Notes: generated by a model from the letters alone, not told the origin. A stretch of 64,000 nucleotides of DNA from Candidatus Zhuqueibacterota bacterium (GCA_049322915.1 JBMOPW010000014.1:128001-192000), one strand, 5' to 3'; shown: positions 10,725-20,488, counted from the stretch's first letter. Translations and numbers: made by a program.

Positions 10725-10907
10725 AGCCACAATTCTTTGGGGAGTTAGCGGGCAATTTCTGTGGCTGCTTCGGACAGGAAATGCGATGCAACCCGTTTTG
10801 TCAGTCGACTGGTTCGGCGTTGAATAAGCCGGGAGATGAGAAAATTAGCCGGGACATTCGGGCTACCCCGCCATGCCCTGAAAACGAAATCATTGTGGGA
10901 GAACGCT

Positions 10908-12104
10908 TTGCAAGTAAATCATGTGGAATCCAACTGGCACACGACCCTATATATTCTGATCCTCATCTTCATCGCTTTTTCGCTGATCTCAATCGCCGGC
11001 ACCCATATCACCCTGGGGCTAATCGCTCTGGTCTGGCTGGCGCAGATGATTCTTTCGCGACAGATGACCATTGAAAAGACGTCGCTGGAAATTGCATTTG
11101 GAATTTTCGTCCTGGCGCTGCTGGTCGCTTCGGCTTTTTCGGCGCAACCGCGGGAGAGTTTCATCAACCTGAAAAATGTGCTGCTCATCAGCGTGGTTTA
11201 TATCGTGTCGTCCAATCTGCTCCGGCAGCGCGAAATCATCACGGCCATCGATGTTTTTGTCGGCGTTGCCACAGTGATGGCTGCGATTGGATTGCTCAGC
11301 ACGGACATTCTCGGCGGCAAGCGGGTGATGGGATTCAAATCCACCACCATGACCTGGGGCGCCATGTCGGCTATTTTCACCAGCATCACCGGAAGCCTGT
11401 TTTTGTTCGTGAAGAATTCGAAAAAGCGGTGGCTTTATCTGGGCGCGTTTGTGATTCAATTTGTGAGCATGTTGTTCTCCTACGTCCGCGGCTCCTGGCT
11501 TGGCTTTCTGGCCAGCGTCCTGATTCTGATCCTTGTGAAGAATAAAAAATTACTCCTCTTTTTCATTGTGCTCATGGTGATCGTCTTCATCGCTGCGCCG
11601 GATTCCATTCAGAACAGAGTATTGAGCATCACGGACATGAACGTCGGTTCCACCAAAGTCCGATTCACCCAATGGGGCAACGCCGTGAAAATTCTCAAAG
11701 ACCATCCCATCGTCGGTGTCGGCTGGATCGATCTGGGCGAGATTCACCGGGCCTATGCGCCGGAGGGTGCGGATTTGAATTATCAGGCATATCGCATCGG
11801 GCACTTTCACAATAATTTCGTGATGATCGCGGTCTGTTTTGGCCTGGTCGGACTGGCGGCAGTGCTGTTCATGGTATTCAAAATATTTCAGATTGAACTG
11901 AAGATACACCGGGCTCTGCATGAGAAAAATTCAGTCCTGTCCGGCTGGGTGATTGGCAGCGTTGCCGCGTATGCCGGATTCTGGGTGAACGGCCTCTTCG
12001 ATTGGACGTTCGGCGATGCGGAACCGGCCACGCTCATCTGGCTGACAATTGGCCTTTCCATCGCCATTGGAAAACGCATCGCAAAGCCGTCCAACGGAAA
12101 TTGA
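10908..12104 (+). CDS. O-antigen ligase / Wzy_C family membrane protein
   Basis: Many TM helices, SYVRGSWLG, HPIVGVG and GHFHNNFV. Probable TTG start at 10908 after GGGAGA (ORF open from 10836). Confidence 0.85.
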   Translation: MQVNHVESNWHTTLYILILIFIAFSLISIAGTHITLGLIALVWLAQMILSRQMTIEKTSLEIAFGIFVLALLVASAFSAQPRESFINLKNVLLISVVYIVSSNLLRQREIITAIDVFVGVATVMAAIGLLSTDILGGKRVMGFKSTTMTWGAMSAIFTSITGSLFLFVKNSKKRWLYLGAFVIQFVSMLFSYVRGSWLGFLASVLILILVKNKKLLLFFIVLMVIVFIAAPDSIQNRVLSITDMNVGSTKVRFTQWGNAVKILKDHPIVGVGWIDLGEIHRAYAPEGADLNYQAYRIGHFHNNFVMIAVCFGLVGLAAVLFMVFKIFQIELKIHRALHEKNSVLSGWVIGSVAAYAGFWVNGLFDWTFGDAEPATLIWLTIGLSIAIGKRIAKPSNGN

Positions 12105-12106
12105 TT

Positions 12107-13372
12107 ATGGGAATTGTTAAAATATTTTCGGTGAGTTTAATCGCAGAAGGCCTGGTGATTCTGACCGGCTTTGTCAACAGCATTATCATCACACGCAACC
12201 TGGACCTGCCTGGCCGCGGCAAATACGCGCTGACAATGAATATCATCACCATGCTGAGCCTCATTTTCGGCGACGGAATTTACCGCGCTAATACGTATTT
12301 GCTGAGCGTCGACAGGAAGAAATTGTCGGTGCTTTTCAGCAACAGCATCGTCGCCATCACCGCCGTAGGCGCGTTGCTGCTGGTCGGTGTGTTGCTGCTG
12401 ACCGAGGGGCTCATTCAAACGCTGGTGCCGGGGATGAACTTCAGCCTGTTGCTTGTGGCAATTTCCAGCGTCATCCCCTATTTGTTCATTCGCAGTTACA
12501 GCGGGCTTTTTTTGGGATTGCAGCATTATTACACTTACAATTTCTTCGTCGTCGCTCCGTTGGTTTTGTACTGTTTTTTCAACGTCGGCCTTTACTTCTG
12601 GGCTGATTTCACGCCGATGATGGTGATGCAGAATTATCTGATCTCCCTGACCGTGATTTTTATTTATTCCACCATAAAGATGTTGCGCGTGGGAACGTTG
12701 CAGTTACGGCCGGATTGGACAGTGGGCAAGGAGACGCTGGCGATTGGCTTCCGATCCGGCGCATCGAGCATTCCGCTGTACCTGCTTTTCCGCGTGGATG
12801 TTTTTCTCATCAACTATTTTCTGGGAATTGACCAGGCTGGTATCTATTCCGTGGCAGTGATACTTTCAGAACTGCTTCAAAAATTTGCCAATACCTCCGG
12901 CACCGTGATCTTTCCCAAGATTTCCGGGAAAGAGAAGTCGAAAAAAAGCAGAAGTCTTTCCATCAGGGTTGTGCTGTTTGTTCTATCCGTCGGTCTTGTC
13001 TTTGGACTGTTTCTGTGGTTCATGGGCGAAAAGATCATCGTCTTTTTGTACAAGGACAAATACCTCGCTGCCGCAGATGTCCTGTATTGGCTCCTGCCCG
13101 GGACGATTGTCATGGCTGCCGGAAAGATATTTCTATTTTCGCTCTGGGGAAAAGGATTCCCTCGGGTAACTGTGATTGTTCCAGTCATTGCGTTTATTCT
13201 GAACACCATTTTAAATCTATCGCTCATCCCAAAATACGGCATGATCGGTTCGGCAGTGAGCACGTCGATTTCGTACATCTTTTTCGGAGTGAGCCTGGCG
13301 CTTTACTTTTTCATTGCGGAGCGATTCGAAATGAGCGGCCAGATAGAGGATGTTCAGGCTGCCGAAGCGTGA
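12107..13372 (+). CDS. Oligosaccharide flippase (Wzx/MOP family)
   Basis: About 12 TM helices, ITRNL..GRGKY, RVDVFLINYFLG...GIYSVA and LIPKYGMIGSAVST. Confidence 0.85.
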   Translation: MGIVKIFSVSLIAEGLVILTGFVNSIIITRNLDLPGRGKYALTMNIITMLSLIFGDGIYRANTYLLSVDRKKLSVLFSNSIVAITAVGALLLVGVLLLTEGLIQTLVPGMNFSLLLVAISSVIPYLFIRSYSGLFLGLQHYYTYNFFVVAPLVLYCFFNVGLYFWADFTPMMVMQNYLISLTVIFIYSTIKMLRVGTLQLRPDWTVGKETLAIGFRSGASSIPLYLLFRVDVFLINYFLGIDQAGIYSVAVILSELLQKFANTSGTVIFPKISGKEKSKKSRSLSIRVVLFVLSVGLVFGLFLWFMGEKIIVFLYKDKYLAAADVLYWLLPGTIVMAAGKIFLFSLWGKGFPRVTVIVPVIAFILNTILNLSLIPKYGMIGSAVSTSISYIFFGVSLALYFFIAERFEMSGQIEDVQAAEA

Positions 13373-13479
13373 CGCGCATCGCCCCGGGCCGGGCGATTGT
13401 TACAGTCGCTTTCCCCGCTGATATTGTGAGAGCGCGCTACCATAGAAAAAAACAGCCGGAGTTGTTGCCCGAATTCCCC

Positions 13480-14607
13480 ATGAATACTGAGAAAACGATA
13501 AAACTCTGTCACATCACAACGGTTCATCCCGTCCGGGATGTCCGGATTTTTTTCAAAGAGTGCGTCAGCGCCGCAAGGTTCGGCTACGACACGCATCTGA
13601 TCGTCCGGCATGATCGGGATGAGACCGCGGATGGCGTTAAAATTCTCGCTCTGCCGCTGGCGCCGGCAAAGGGATTGCGGCGTCCGGTCAATATGTTCCG
13701 CGCTCTGAAACGGGCGCTGGCCGTGAAAGCGGACATCTACCAATTCCACGATCCGGAACTGCTCATCATTGGCATGCTGCTCAAAGTGCTGACGCGCGCG
13801 AAAATCATCTACGATGTTCACGAGGACATCCGGAAACAGACGCTGGGAAAATCATGGATAGCTCCCTGGCTGCGGCGGCCTGTCGCGTTCGGTTTGCATG
13901 CGTTGGAATCGTTGGGCGAGCAATTTTTCGATGCCATTATTGTGGCGGAAGATTCCTACATTCCAAATTTTTGTCGCGCGCCGGTTGTCATTTATAATTA
14001 TCCGATTTTAAAAGAATACCCGCACCGGCAAGGCGCGTCGCATGGCGCCAATCTCATCTATGTCGGCGCTATCACCAGGATGCGGGGCGCGTTTGAAATG
14101 ATCGCAGCGGTCGAGCTGCTGGCGCGGCGATTCCCCGACGTGAAACTGTATCTCATTGGACAATTTTTTCCGGCGTCGCTGGAGCGAGAGGTGAAAGAGC
14201 GGATTGCCCGGGCCGGGCTGGAGAAAAACATTGTCATCACCGGCCGGATGAATTACACCGACATGTTCGGCTATCTGCAAAACGCGGATATTGGTCTGGC
14301 TGTGCTGCATCCGGATGGCAACTACATCCATTCGCTTCCAACCAAGATGTTCGAGTATATGATGCTGGGAAAGCCGGTAGTTGTCTCGCATTTCCCGCTG
14401 TGGGAGGGGATTGTCCGTGAAGCCGGCTGCGGAGTCGTCGTCGATCCGCTTGCCCCGGAAGACATTGCAGAAAAAGTCGCCGTTCTGATAACGGATGAAA
14501 AGCGCCGGAACGAAATGGGCGAGAACGGGCGGAAAGCGGTTTTCGAAAAATTTAACTGGTCGAGTGAAGAGGAGAAGCTGATCGCATGCTATCGAAAATT
14601 GATCTGA
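13480..14607 (+). CDS. Glycosyltransferase family 4
   Basis: HITTVHP..DVRIFFKE, HDPELL, YDVHED and PTKMFEYM. ATG 13480 was preferred over the longer open frame from 13015. Confidence 0.88.
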   Translation: MNTEKTIKLCHITTVHPVRDVRIFFKECVSAARFGYDTHLIVRHDRDETADGVKILALPLAPAKGLRRPVNMFRALKRALAVKADIYQFHDPELLIIGMLLKVLTRAKIIYDVHEDIRKQTLGKSWIAPWLRRPVAFGLHALESLGEQFFDAIIVAEDSYIPNFCRAPVVIYNYPILKEYPHRQGASHGANLIYVGAITRMRGAFEMIAAVELLARRFPDVKLYLIGQFFPASLEREVKERIARAGLEKNIVITGRMNYTDMFGYLQNADIGLAVLHPDGNYIHSLPTKMFEYMMLGKPVVVSHFPLWEGIVREAGCGVVVDPLAPEDIAEKVAVLITDEKRRNEMGENGRKAVFEKFNWSSEEEKLIACYRKLI

Positions 14608-15398
14608 ACGATATTGGCAATGAGCGAACCATCCGGTTCCTGAAGCAAATACAGCCGGATAGTGGAATCTATAAAAACAATTACGAATACGCGTGTTACA
14701 TCGCCTTGTACCTGTTTGCCCATCGGTTCTGCGCCGGCAAAAATGTGCTCGATGCAGCGTGCGGTTTGGGCTACGGAAGCTATCTGCTCGCCACCACAGC
14801 GTGCCATGTCGAGGGAATTGATATAGATGAGTCCCGCATTGCCTATGCCCGGGAAAAATATGGGAGCGGGAGTGTCCGGTACGCTGTTTCGGAAGTGACC
14901 GACACGCCGTTCGAAAACGATAGTTTCGATGTGGTTGTCTCCATCGAGACGTTCGAGCATCTCCGGCCGGAGCAGGCCGTCCTGTTTCTCTCGGAAGTGA
15001 AACGCATTTTAAAGCCTGACGGAATTTTTATCCTGTCCACGCCCAACAAGCCGGTGTTCGACCAGATAACCCGGGTGGAAGATCATATCAACGAAATGGA
15101 TGTGGATTCGCTCCGCGAATTGTTCGCCCGACATTTTACTTCGGTACAAATGTATCATCAGCGAAAGAATGTGCTGAACGACATGAAAGCCTACTACTCC
15201 GTGATCAAAATGGATAGATTCAAACTGCGGCAATTGTTTCCCAGGCGATTGCGGAAATTTGTCAATCGATTCGTCGCCAGGGACGTCACCCGGGAAATCG
15301 ACAGCATTTTGCCGACGGTGCTCGTGCAGAAGGCCGAGTCGCCGGACGAAGTGAAACAGGCGCCCATTCAGCTTGTGGTGTGCAGCCTGCCGAAATGA
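14586..15398 (+). CDS. Class I SAM-dependent methyltransferase (glycan modification?)
   Basis: VLDAACGLGYG, SFDVVVSIETFEH and RILKPDGIFILSTPN. Confidence 0.85.
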   Translation: MLSKIDLNDIGNERTIRFLKQIQPDSGIYKNNYEYACYIALYLFAHRFCAGKNVLDAACGLGYGSYLLATTACHVEGIDIDESRIAYAREKYGSGSVRYAVSEVTDTPFENDSFDVVVSIETFEHLRPEQAVLFLSEVKRILKPDGIFILSTPNKPVFDQITRVEDHINEMDVDSLRELFARHFTSVQMYHQRKNVLNDMKAYYSVIKMDRFKLRQLFPRRLRKFVNRFVARDVTREIDSILPTVLVQKAESPDEVKQAPIQLVVCSLPK

Positions 15399-15547
15399 AG
15401 CCGGCCGGTTCGGGTGCGCGGGTATTTTCGACAGCGCGAATACGCCGCTCAAATGACAATACGGCCCAAAAAGACAGTGGCAATTTACTAATTTTTTTCT
15501 TATCTTCTCATCGCAGAATTAGTATCCATAAGATGGAGAACTCAAAG

Positions 15548-16282
15548 ATGGAATTATTTACTAATATCTATTTGGGAGATAGCAGAGAGGTATTGACTCA
15601 AATACCGGATAATTCAGTGGATTTAATTTTTACATCACCACCATACGCGGATAGACGGAAGGGTACGTATGGTGGCATTCATCCGGATCACTATGTTCAA
15701 TGGTTTTTGCCAATTTCAAAAGAATTGTTAAGAGTCATGAAACCAACCGGGACGTTCATTTTGAATATCAAGGAAAAAGCAGTTGATGGAGAACGTCATA
15801 CGTATGTCATTGAGCTTATTCTTGAAATGAGAAAGCAGGGCTGGTTTTGGACCGAAGAGTTTATCTGGCACAAGAAAAACTCGTACCCTGGCAAATGGCC
15901 GAATCGGTTCAGGGACGCGTGGGAACGATTAATCCAATTCAACAAACAAAAACAGTTTGCAATGTATCAGGAAAGAGTCATGGTTCCAGTGGGATCATGG
16001 TCTGAAAATAGACTCAGCCTGCATTATTCATAGTATTTTTAAAGGAGGCTGGCTAACCTGAATGGTGCTCTTTTTAGAATAAACGTATAAAAACTGAGTT
16101 TCAAAATAGCTTAGCCTTTAGCTAATTGAAAATCTGAATGTTGACTCAAATTCTGAGCAAGTTCATGAATAATTCAGGTTAAAAAACTGAGCGAAACGGA
16201 TAAAAAAAGGGACATATCAAAAGTCGGTAGCGGCTTTGGAAAAAGTAAAAATGGTTATTTACTTAATGAGTTAGCTGTGTGA
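15548..16282 (+). pseudogene. Site-specific DNA methyltransferase (N4-C/N6-A family), interrupted by a 165-bp insertion and truncated
   Basis: GDSREVL, DLIFTSPPY, LRVMKPTG and FIWHKKN. The frame resumes after 16180 as KKLSETDKKRDISKVGSGFGK and stops at 16282. No SAM-binding DPFxGSGT motif is present. Confidence 0.8.
16016..16180. mobile_element. MITE-like non-autonomous element, 165 bp
   Basis: Left end AGCCTGCATTATTCAT (16016-16031) versus reverse complement of the right end AACCTGAATTATTCAT (16165-16180), 14/16 identical. Removing it restores the MTase frame. Confidence 0.7.
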
Positions 16283-16333
16283 TAGCTTTATTAATTTTAT
16301 GATTAATTGAAGTTATACATAATGATAAAAAAG

Positions 16334-17515
16334 ATGAAAGTTAAAAAAGATTTTACTGAGAGACTATTAAATCTCATTTCAGAACCCCAGTTTATTAAAT
16401 TTGAAAATATCTTAAGTGAGCCGAATTTTTTCAAAATTGTTGGAAGAGCACACTATGAAAGATGGCATTCGTGTTTTCTGGGCTGGTTACTCGATCCTGG
16501 TGGATCGCATTTACTGTCTCATTATACTTTATTGAGATTTTTATTAATTTTATTAGATGAGAGATGTTTAAAATCAATTCGTCATCATAATTATTTACTT
16601 CTTAAAATATTACCGACGGTCGAATTCTGGGATGTAGATGTAGTACCGAATGAAAATATTTCTAAGGAAACAAGTATTAGTGGTGTGGGTCGGTTCGACA
16701 TTTTTATTTCCACCAGATACAAAGGTATTGATAATCATGAGGGGAGACTGAATTGTATAATTGAATTGAAAATTGATTCTACTCCTGACGCAAATCAGTC
16801 GAAAAAATATGCAGATTGGTTAATCGACAATCATGAAAATGATGAGAATTTATTAGTATATCTCACACCAAATCTTTTAGATAATTCAAAAAATACTATT
16901 GGGGATGATCGATGGTATTGTATTGATTATCAGCTTCTTAATGATAAATTCTTATTGCCTTTGACAGACCATCCAAACTTGAATGAAAAAGTAAAACCCT
17001 TTATCATTCAGTATATTAAAAACTTGAAAATTAGATATAAGGGAATTAAGATGGCAATAACAAATGAAGAAAAAAAATTGGCGATAGCGCTATATGAAAA
17101 ATATAGCGACATATTCGATTCGATTTATGACGCTTTGGTTATAACGGGTACTGTCGATTACAGTACTTCAGATCTACAGAAAGATGTAGGAAGAGTATAT
17201 GGAAGAATTGCTGTAAAAGTAGATAAAAAAGTAATGTCAAATGATACGGTTAGATTATTATTTCTAGATGTTTTGAAATATTTAGTAGATGAAAATTTAG
17301 TACTAAAATTACCTTTGCCTTGGGGGTCTAGTAATAAAAGGTACCTTATCACTAACGAGACTGTTCCGAAACATCCGAATGGGCGAGATTTTTTTTATCC
17401 CGTCCGCTATTTAGAGTATACGATGGAGAGTCATTTTGCACGTGAAAGGGGATTGAAGGTATTAGCGGATTTATGCAGGAAACTAGAAGTTGAATTTGAA
17501 ATAATTGATACCTAA
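16334..17515 (+). CDS. PD-(D/E)XK nuclease family protein (PDDEXK_4-like) with extra C-terminal domain
   Basis: NFFKI...ERWHSCFLGWLLDP...H, GRFDIFI, IIELKI and QSKKY. The gene is AT-rich. The start is uncertain (16307-16334). Confidence 0.8.
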   Translation: MKVKKDFTERLLNLISEPQFIKFENILSEPNFFKIVGRAHYERWHSCFLGWLLDPGGSHLLSHYTLLRFLLILLDERCLKSIRHHNYLLLKILPTVEFWDVDVVPNENISKETSISGVGRFDIFISTRYKGIDNHEGRLNCIIELKIDSTPDANQSKKYADWLIDNHENDENLLVYLTPNLLDNSKNTIGDDRWYCIDYQLLNDKFLLPLTDHPNLNEKVKPFIIQYIKNLKIRYKGIKMAITNEEKKLAIALYEKYSDIFDSIYDALVITGTVDYSTSDLQKDVGRVYGRIAVKVDKKVMSNDTVRLLFLDVLKYLVDENLVLKLPLPWGSSNKRYLITNETVPKHPNGRDFFYPVRYLEYTMESHFARERGLKVLADLCRKLEVEFEIIDT

Positions 17516-17551
17516 CATATAATAGAAGATTTTACTTATCAAGTACAGTCT

Positions 17552-17755
17552 TTGATCAACATGTTAAATACAATTTTAATAGAACCTTTAGGATACAGAG
17601 CGAAACAAAAGAACGATGAATTTTGGAACAACTATTCTCAGATCCTGAATAAGCTGACTTTTGAATTTGGCAGGGAATTTTGTATTGATGGAATAATTGA
17701 CTGGAAAAAGTTAGTGCAGTTTAACTCATCCAATGATTTGAAGTTACAAGGCTAA
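17552..17755 (+). pseudogene. C-terminal remnant of a type II restriction endonuclease (PmeII/EcoO109I-like)
   Basis: LIEPLGYRAKQKNDEF...NKLTFEFGREFC.DG.IDWKKLVQFNS resembles, from memory, the C-terminus of REases encoded downstream of this MTase type. The catalytic N-terminal part is absent. Confidence 0.6.
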
Positions 17756-17935
17756 AAAACAGTTCGAATGCCCGCGGATAGCCTGTATGACTGGAGAGCG
17801 AAGTTACATAAATCCGCGGTGACTGAGCCCTGTTTGCCTGTTCAGAATGCCGCGCCGTTCGGGCCGCGCAGCCAGATCAGTGTCAGGTTCGGATCGTCAA
17901 CGCTCGATTCAATCAGGAAGCATGTTTCTTTCAGA

Positions 17936-19171
17936 ATGAATATTTTATACATCACACAATACTATCCGCCGGAGATTGGCGCAACGCAAACCCGCGCCGT
18001 GGAAATGGCCAAAAATCTGGTGCAGCGGGGGCATGCGGTCACCGTGCTGACAGAGTTTCCGAATCATCCCACTGGCGTGATCCCTGAAAAGTATCGGTTC
18101 AAATTATTTCAGCGCGAGACCGATTCCGGCATTGACGTCCTCCGAATGTGGGTCTACGCCAGACCCAAAAAGAATTTTGCAACGCGGATGCTGTTCTACC
18201 TCAGCTTTATGGTGACGGCGATTATTGGCGGACTGGCGCTTCGGAAAAAATTCGATGTGGTTTTTGCTACATCACCGCCTCTTTTTGTTGGCGCAGCCGG
18301 TGCTGTCATTTGTTTTTTCCGAAGAGCGAAGTTAGTCCTGGAAGTGCGGGATTTATGGCCGGAGACAGCGGTTATTCTCGGTGAATTATCCAATAAATAT
18401 TTTATAAACCTTTCCGAAAAACTGGAGCTATTCCTATATAATACATCTGAACGCATTGTCACAGTGACGTCCGGTTTTAAGAACCGTATCATCGAGCGGG
18501 CAAAAGTGCCTCCTGAGAAAATTATTGTCATTCCCAACGGCGCCAACACCGAGCTATATCGCCCGGGCGAAAAAGATACGACGGTTCTGCAGAACCTGGA
18601 CATTGACGCAGCGACATTCATCATCGGGTATACCGGGCTCCATGGCTTGATGCACGGATTGGATTTTGTCGTCGAGGTGGCCAATCAGTTAAGGGAAGAG
18701 AAAGATATCTTCTTTCTTTTCATCGGCGAGGGCGTGCGCAAAGCGCATTTAATTGAAACCGCCCGGAAATATGGGCTGGGCAACATGATGTTTTTAGAGG
18801 CTCAGGCTGAGGAACAACTGCCGCGTTATATTCAAACGTGCGACCTGGGATTGACGACCATTAAAAAAACAATCGTTTCCGATCGGGTCATCCCGGTCAA
18901 AGTCTTCACCTACATGGCCTGCGCGAAACCGGTGCTGCTCTGCGTGGATGGCGAGACCCGGGAGATCGTTGAGCAGGCCGGGGCCGGACTCTTTGCCGAG
19001 CCGGAAAATGTGGACCAGCTCAAGGATGCTATTCTTAAATTGAAGAACGATCCGGCGCGATGCAGAACCATGGGGCAAAATGGGCGGCGCCTTGTGGAGC
19101 AGCATTATTCCCGAGCCGCGCTCGCACAGAAATTGGAGCAGTGCCTGCTGGAGGCTTCTGCCGGTCGATAA
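17936..19171 (+). CDS. Glycosyltransferase family 4 (WbuB-like)
   Basis: MNILYITQYYPPEIG, FPNHPTG, ATSPPLF, EVRDLWPE and PVKVFTYMA. Confidence 0.9.
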   Translation: MNILYITQYYPPEIGATQTRAVEMAKNLVQRGHAVTVLTEFPNHPTGVIPEKYRFKLFQRETDSGIDVLRMWVYARPKKNFATRMLFYLSFMVTAIIGGLALRKKFDVVFATSPPLFVGAAGAVICFFRRAKLVLEVRDLWPETAVILGELSNKYFINLSEKLELFLYNTSERIVTVTSGFKNRIIERAKVPPEKIIVIPNGANTELYRPGEKDTTVLQNLDIDAATFIIGYTGLHGLMHGLDFVVEVANQLREEKDIFFLFIGEGVRKAHLIETARKYGLGNMMFLEAQAEEQLPRYIQTCDLGLTTIKKTIVSDRVIPVKVFTYMACAKPVLLCVDGETREIVEQAGAGLFAEPENVDQLKDAILKLKNDPARCRTMGQNGRRLVEQHYSRAALAQKLEQCLLEASAGR

Positions 19172-19189
19172 ACGCAATCAGATAAAATT

Positions 19190-20284
19190 ATGTGGTATTA
19201 TCTTTTCGGATATATTTTCATTCTCACTTTCGCTGTCAGCTATGCGCTGGTTCCTGCCATTCGAACAATGGCTGAAAAGCTGGCTGTTTTAGATCATCCT
19301 GGGGAACGTAAAATTCACACGACTCCCAAGCCTCGAATGGGTGGATTGGCGTTTGTGTCTTCCTTTGTGCTCGTTATTATGCTGCACATTGCCGGTCTAT
19401 ACGTGTTCCGGGACAGCGATTTGATCGCACAGCATTTTCCAATGGTGGTTCGGGTGATGGATCGGCTCAGCAGCGTGCTGCCCAAACTTATGGTGATCCT
19501 GATCGGGGGAGTATTGATGACTGTGATCGGTCTGCTGGACGATTACTTTCGCGAGCAGTTTTCGTACCGGTTCAAATTTCTGGCTCAGTTTGCAGTGGCA
19601 GCGCTGGTGGTTTCATTCGGCATTCGGACGGAGTTTTTGCCCGGCGCCATTCTGGATATTCTCGTCTCGGTGATTTGGATTGTAGGGATGAGCAATTCCT
19701 TCAATCTGCTGGATAATATGGATGGTCTGGCGGCCGGGATTTCAGTGATTTCCGCTCTGTTATTTTTTATCATTTCCATTGTGCAGCAGCAGGTGTTTAT
19801 GGCGTTCATCTTCTGCGCGTTTGCCGGAAGTGTGTCAGGCTTTTTGCCGTATAATTTCAAGCCCGCCAAAATTTTTATGGGGGATACCGGCAGCCTGTTC
19901 ATCGGATTTTTGTTCGGCGCGTTGACGCTTCAGAGTTCCTATCGCGTGCCGGGGAGCCATTCGCTGATTACGGTCATTCTGCCGGTGATCATTCTGAGCA
20001 TCCCGATCTATGATACCCTGTCGGTGATCCTGATACGGATGAGAGAACGGCGCTCGATTTTCATTGGCGACAAATGCCATTTTTCACATCGATTGGTCAA
20101 TCTCGGTTTCTCGGAAAAATGGGCGGTCCTGTTCATCTATCTGATTTCGTTGTGCATCGGGATCGGTTCGCTGCTTTTGCCCTATACGCCGCTGTGGGGA
20201 AATATTCTGATTTTAATGCAAGCAATTTCCATTTATATCCTGATTACCGCCCTGATGGTTGTTGGACGAAATAACCATTGCTGA
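19190..20284 (+). CDS. Second WecA/TagO (MraY family) phosphoglycosyl transferase
   Basis: DHPGERKIH..P.PRMGG, GLLDD, NSFNLLDNMDGLA, IFMGDTGS and HFSHRL. Confidence 0.9.
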   Translation: MWYYLFGYIFILTFAVSYALVPAIRTMAEKLAVLDHPGERKIHTTPKPRMGGLAFVSSFVLVIMLHIAGLYVFRDSDLIAQHFPMVVRVMDRLSSVLPKLMVILIGGVLMTVIGLLDDYFREQFSYRFKFLAQFAVAALVVSFGIRTEFLPGAILDILVSVIWIVGMSNSFNLLDNMDGLAAGISVISALLFFIISIVQQQVFMAFIFCAFAGSVSGFLPYNFKPAKIFMGDTGSLFIGFLFGALTLQSSYRVPGSHSLITVILPVIILSIPIYDTLSVILIRMRERRSIFIGDKCHFSHRLVNLGFSEKWAVLFIYLISLCIGIGSLLLPYTPLWGNILILMQAISIYILITALMVVGRNNHC

Positions 20285-20488
20285 GAGAGAAAAATTTTAG
20301 AGATATTTTTTTCTAATGTATTGATGTTTGATGTCGAGAGTCACATATAAAAAGTGGAGAAGCGAATAATTAATTTATAACATGTGCCGATACATGTAAA
20401 TAACCAACATGAAAACGAGACGATCCATCGTGGAGTAGAGCTAACGAATTACGGTTCAGACCAAAAATAAATTTTAAAGGAGCAATGT

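Noticed and set aside
10739..10873. Possible tRNA or tRNA-Sec (starts GGGGAG, ends GCCA)
   Set aside because: It is too long (~135 nt) and has no properly placed T-loop, anticodon arm or 7-8 bp acceptor stem. It is kept only as a possible structured leader.
13015..13479. N-terminal extension of the GT4 ORF to 530 aa
   Set aside because: It overlaps the flippase in another frame and does not look protein-like. The GT fold starts at ATG 13480.
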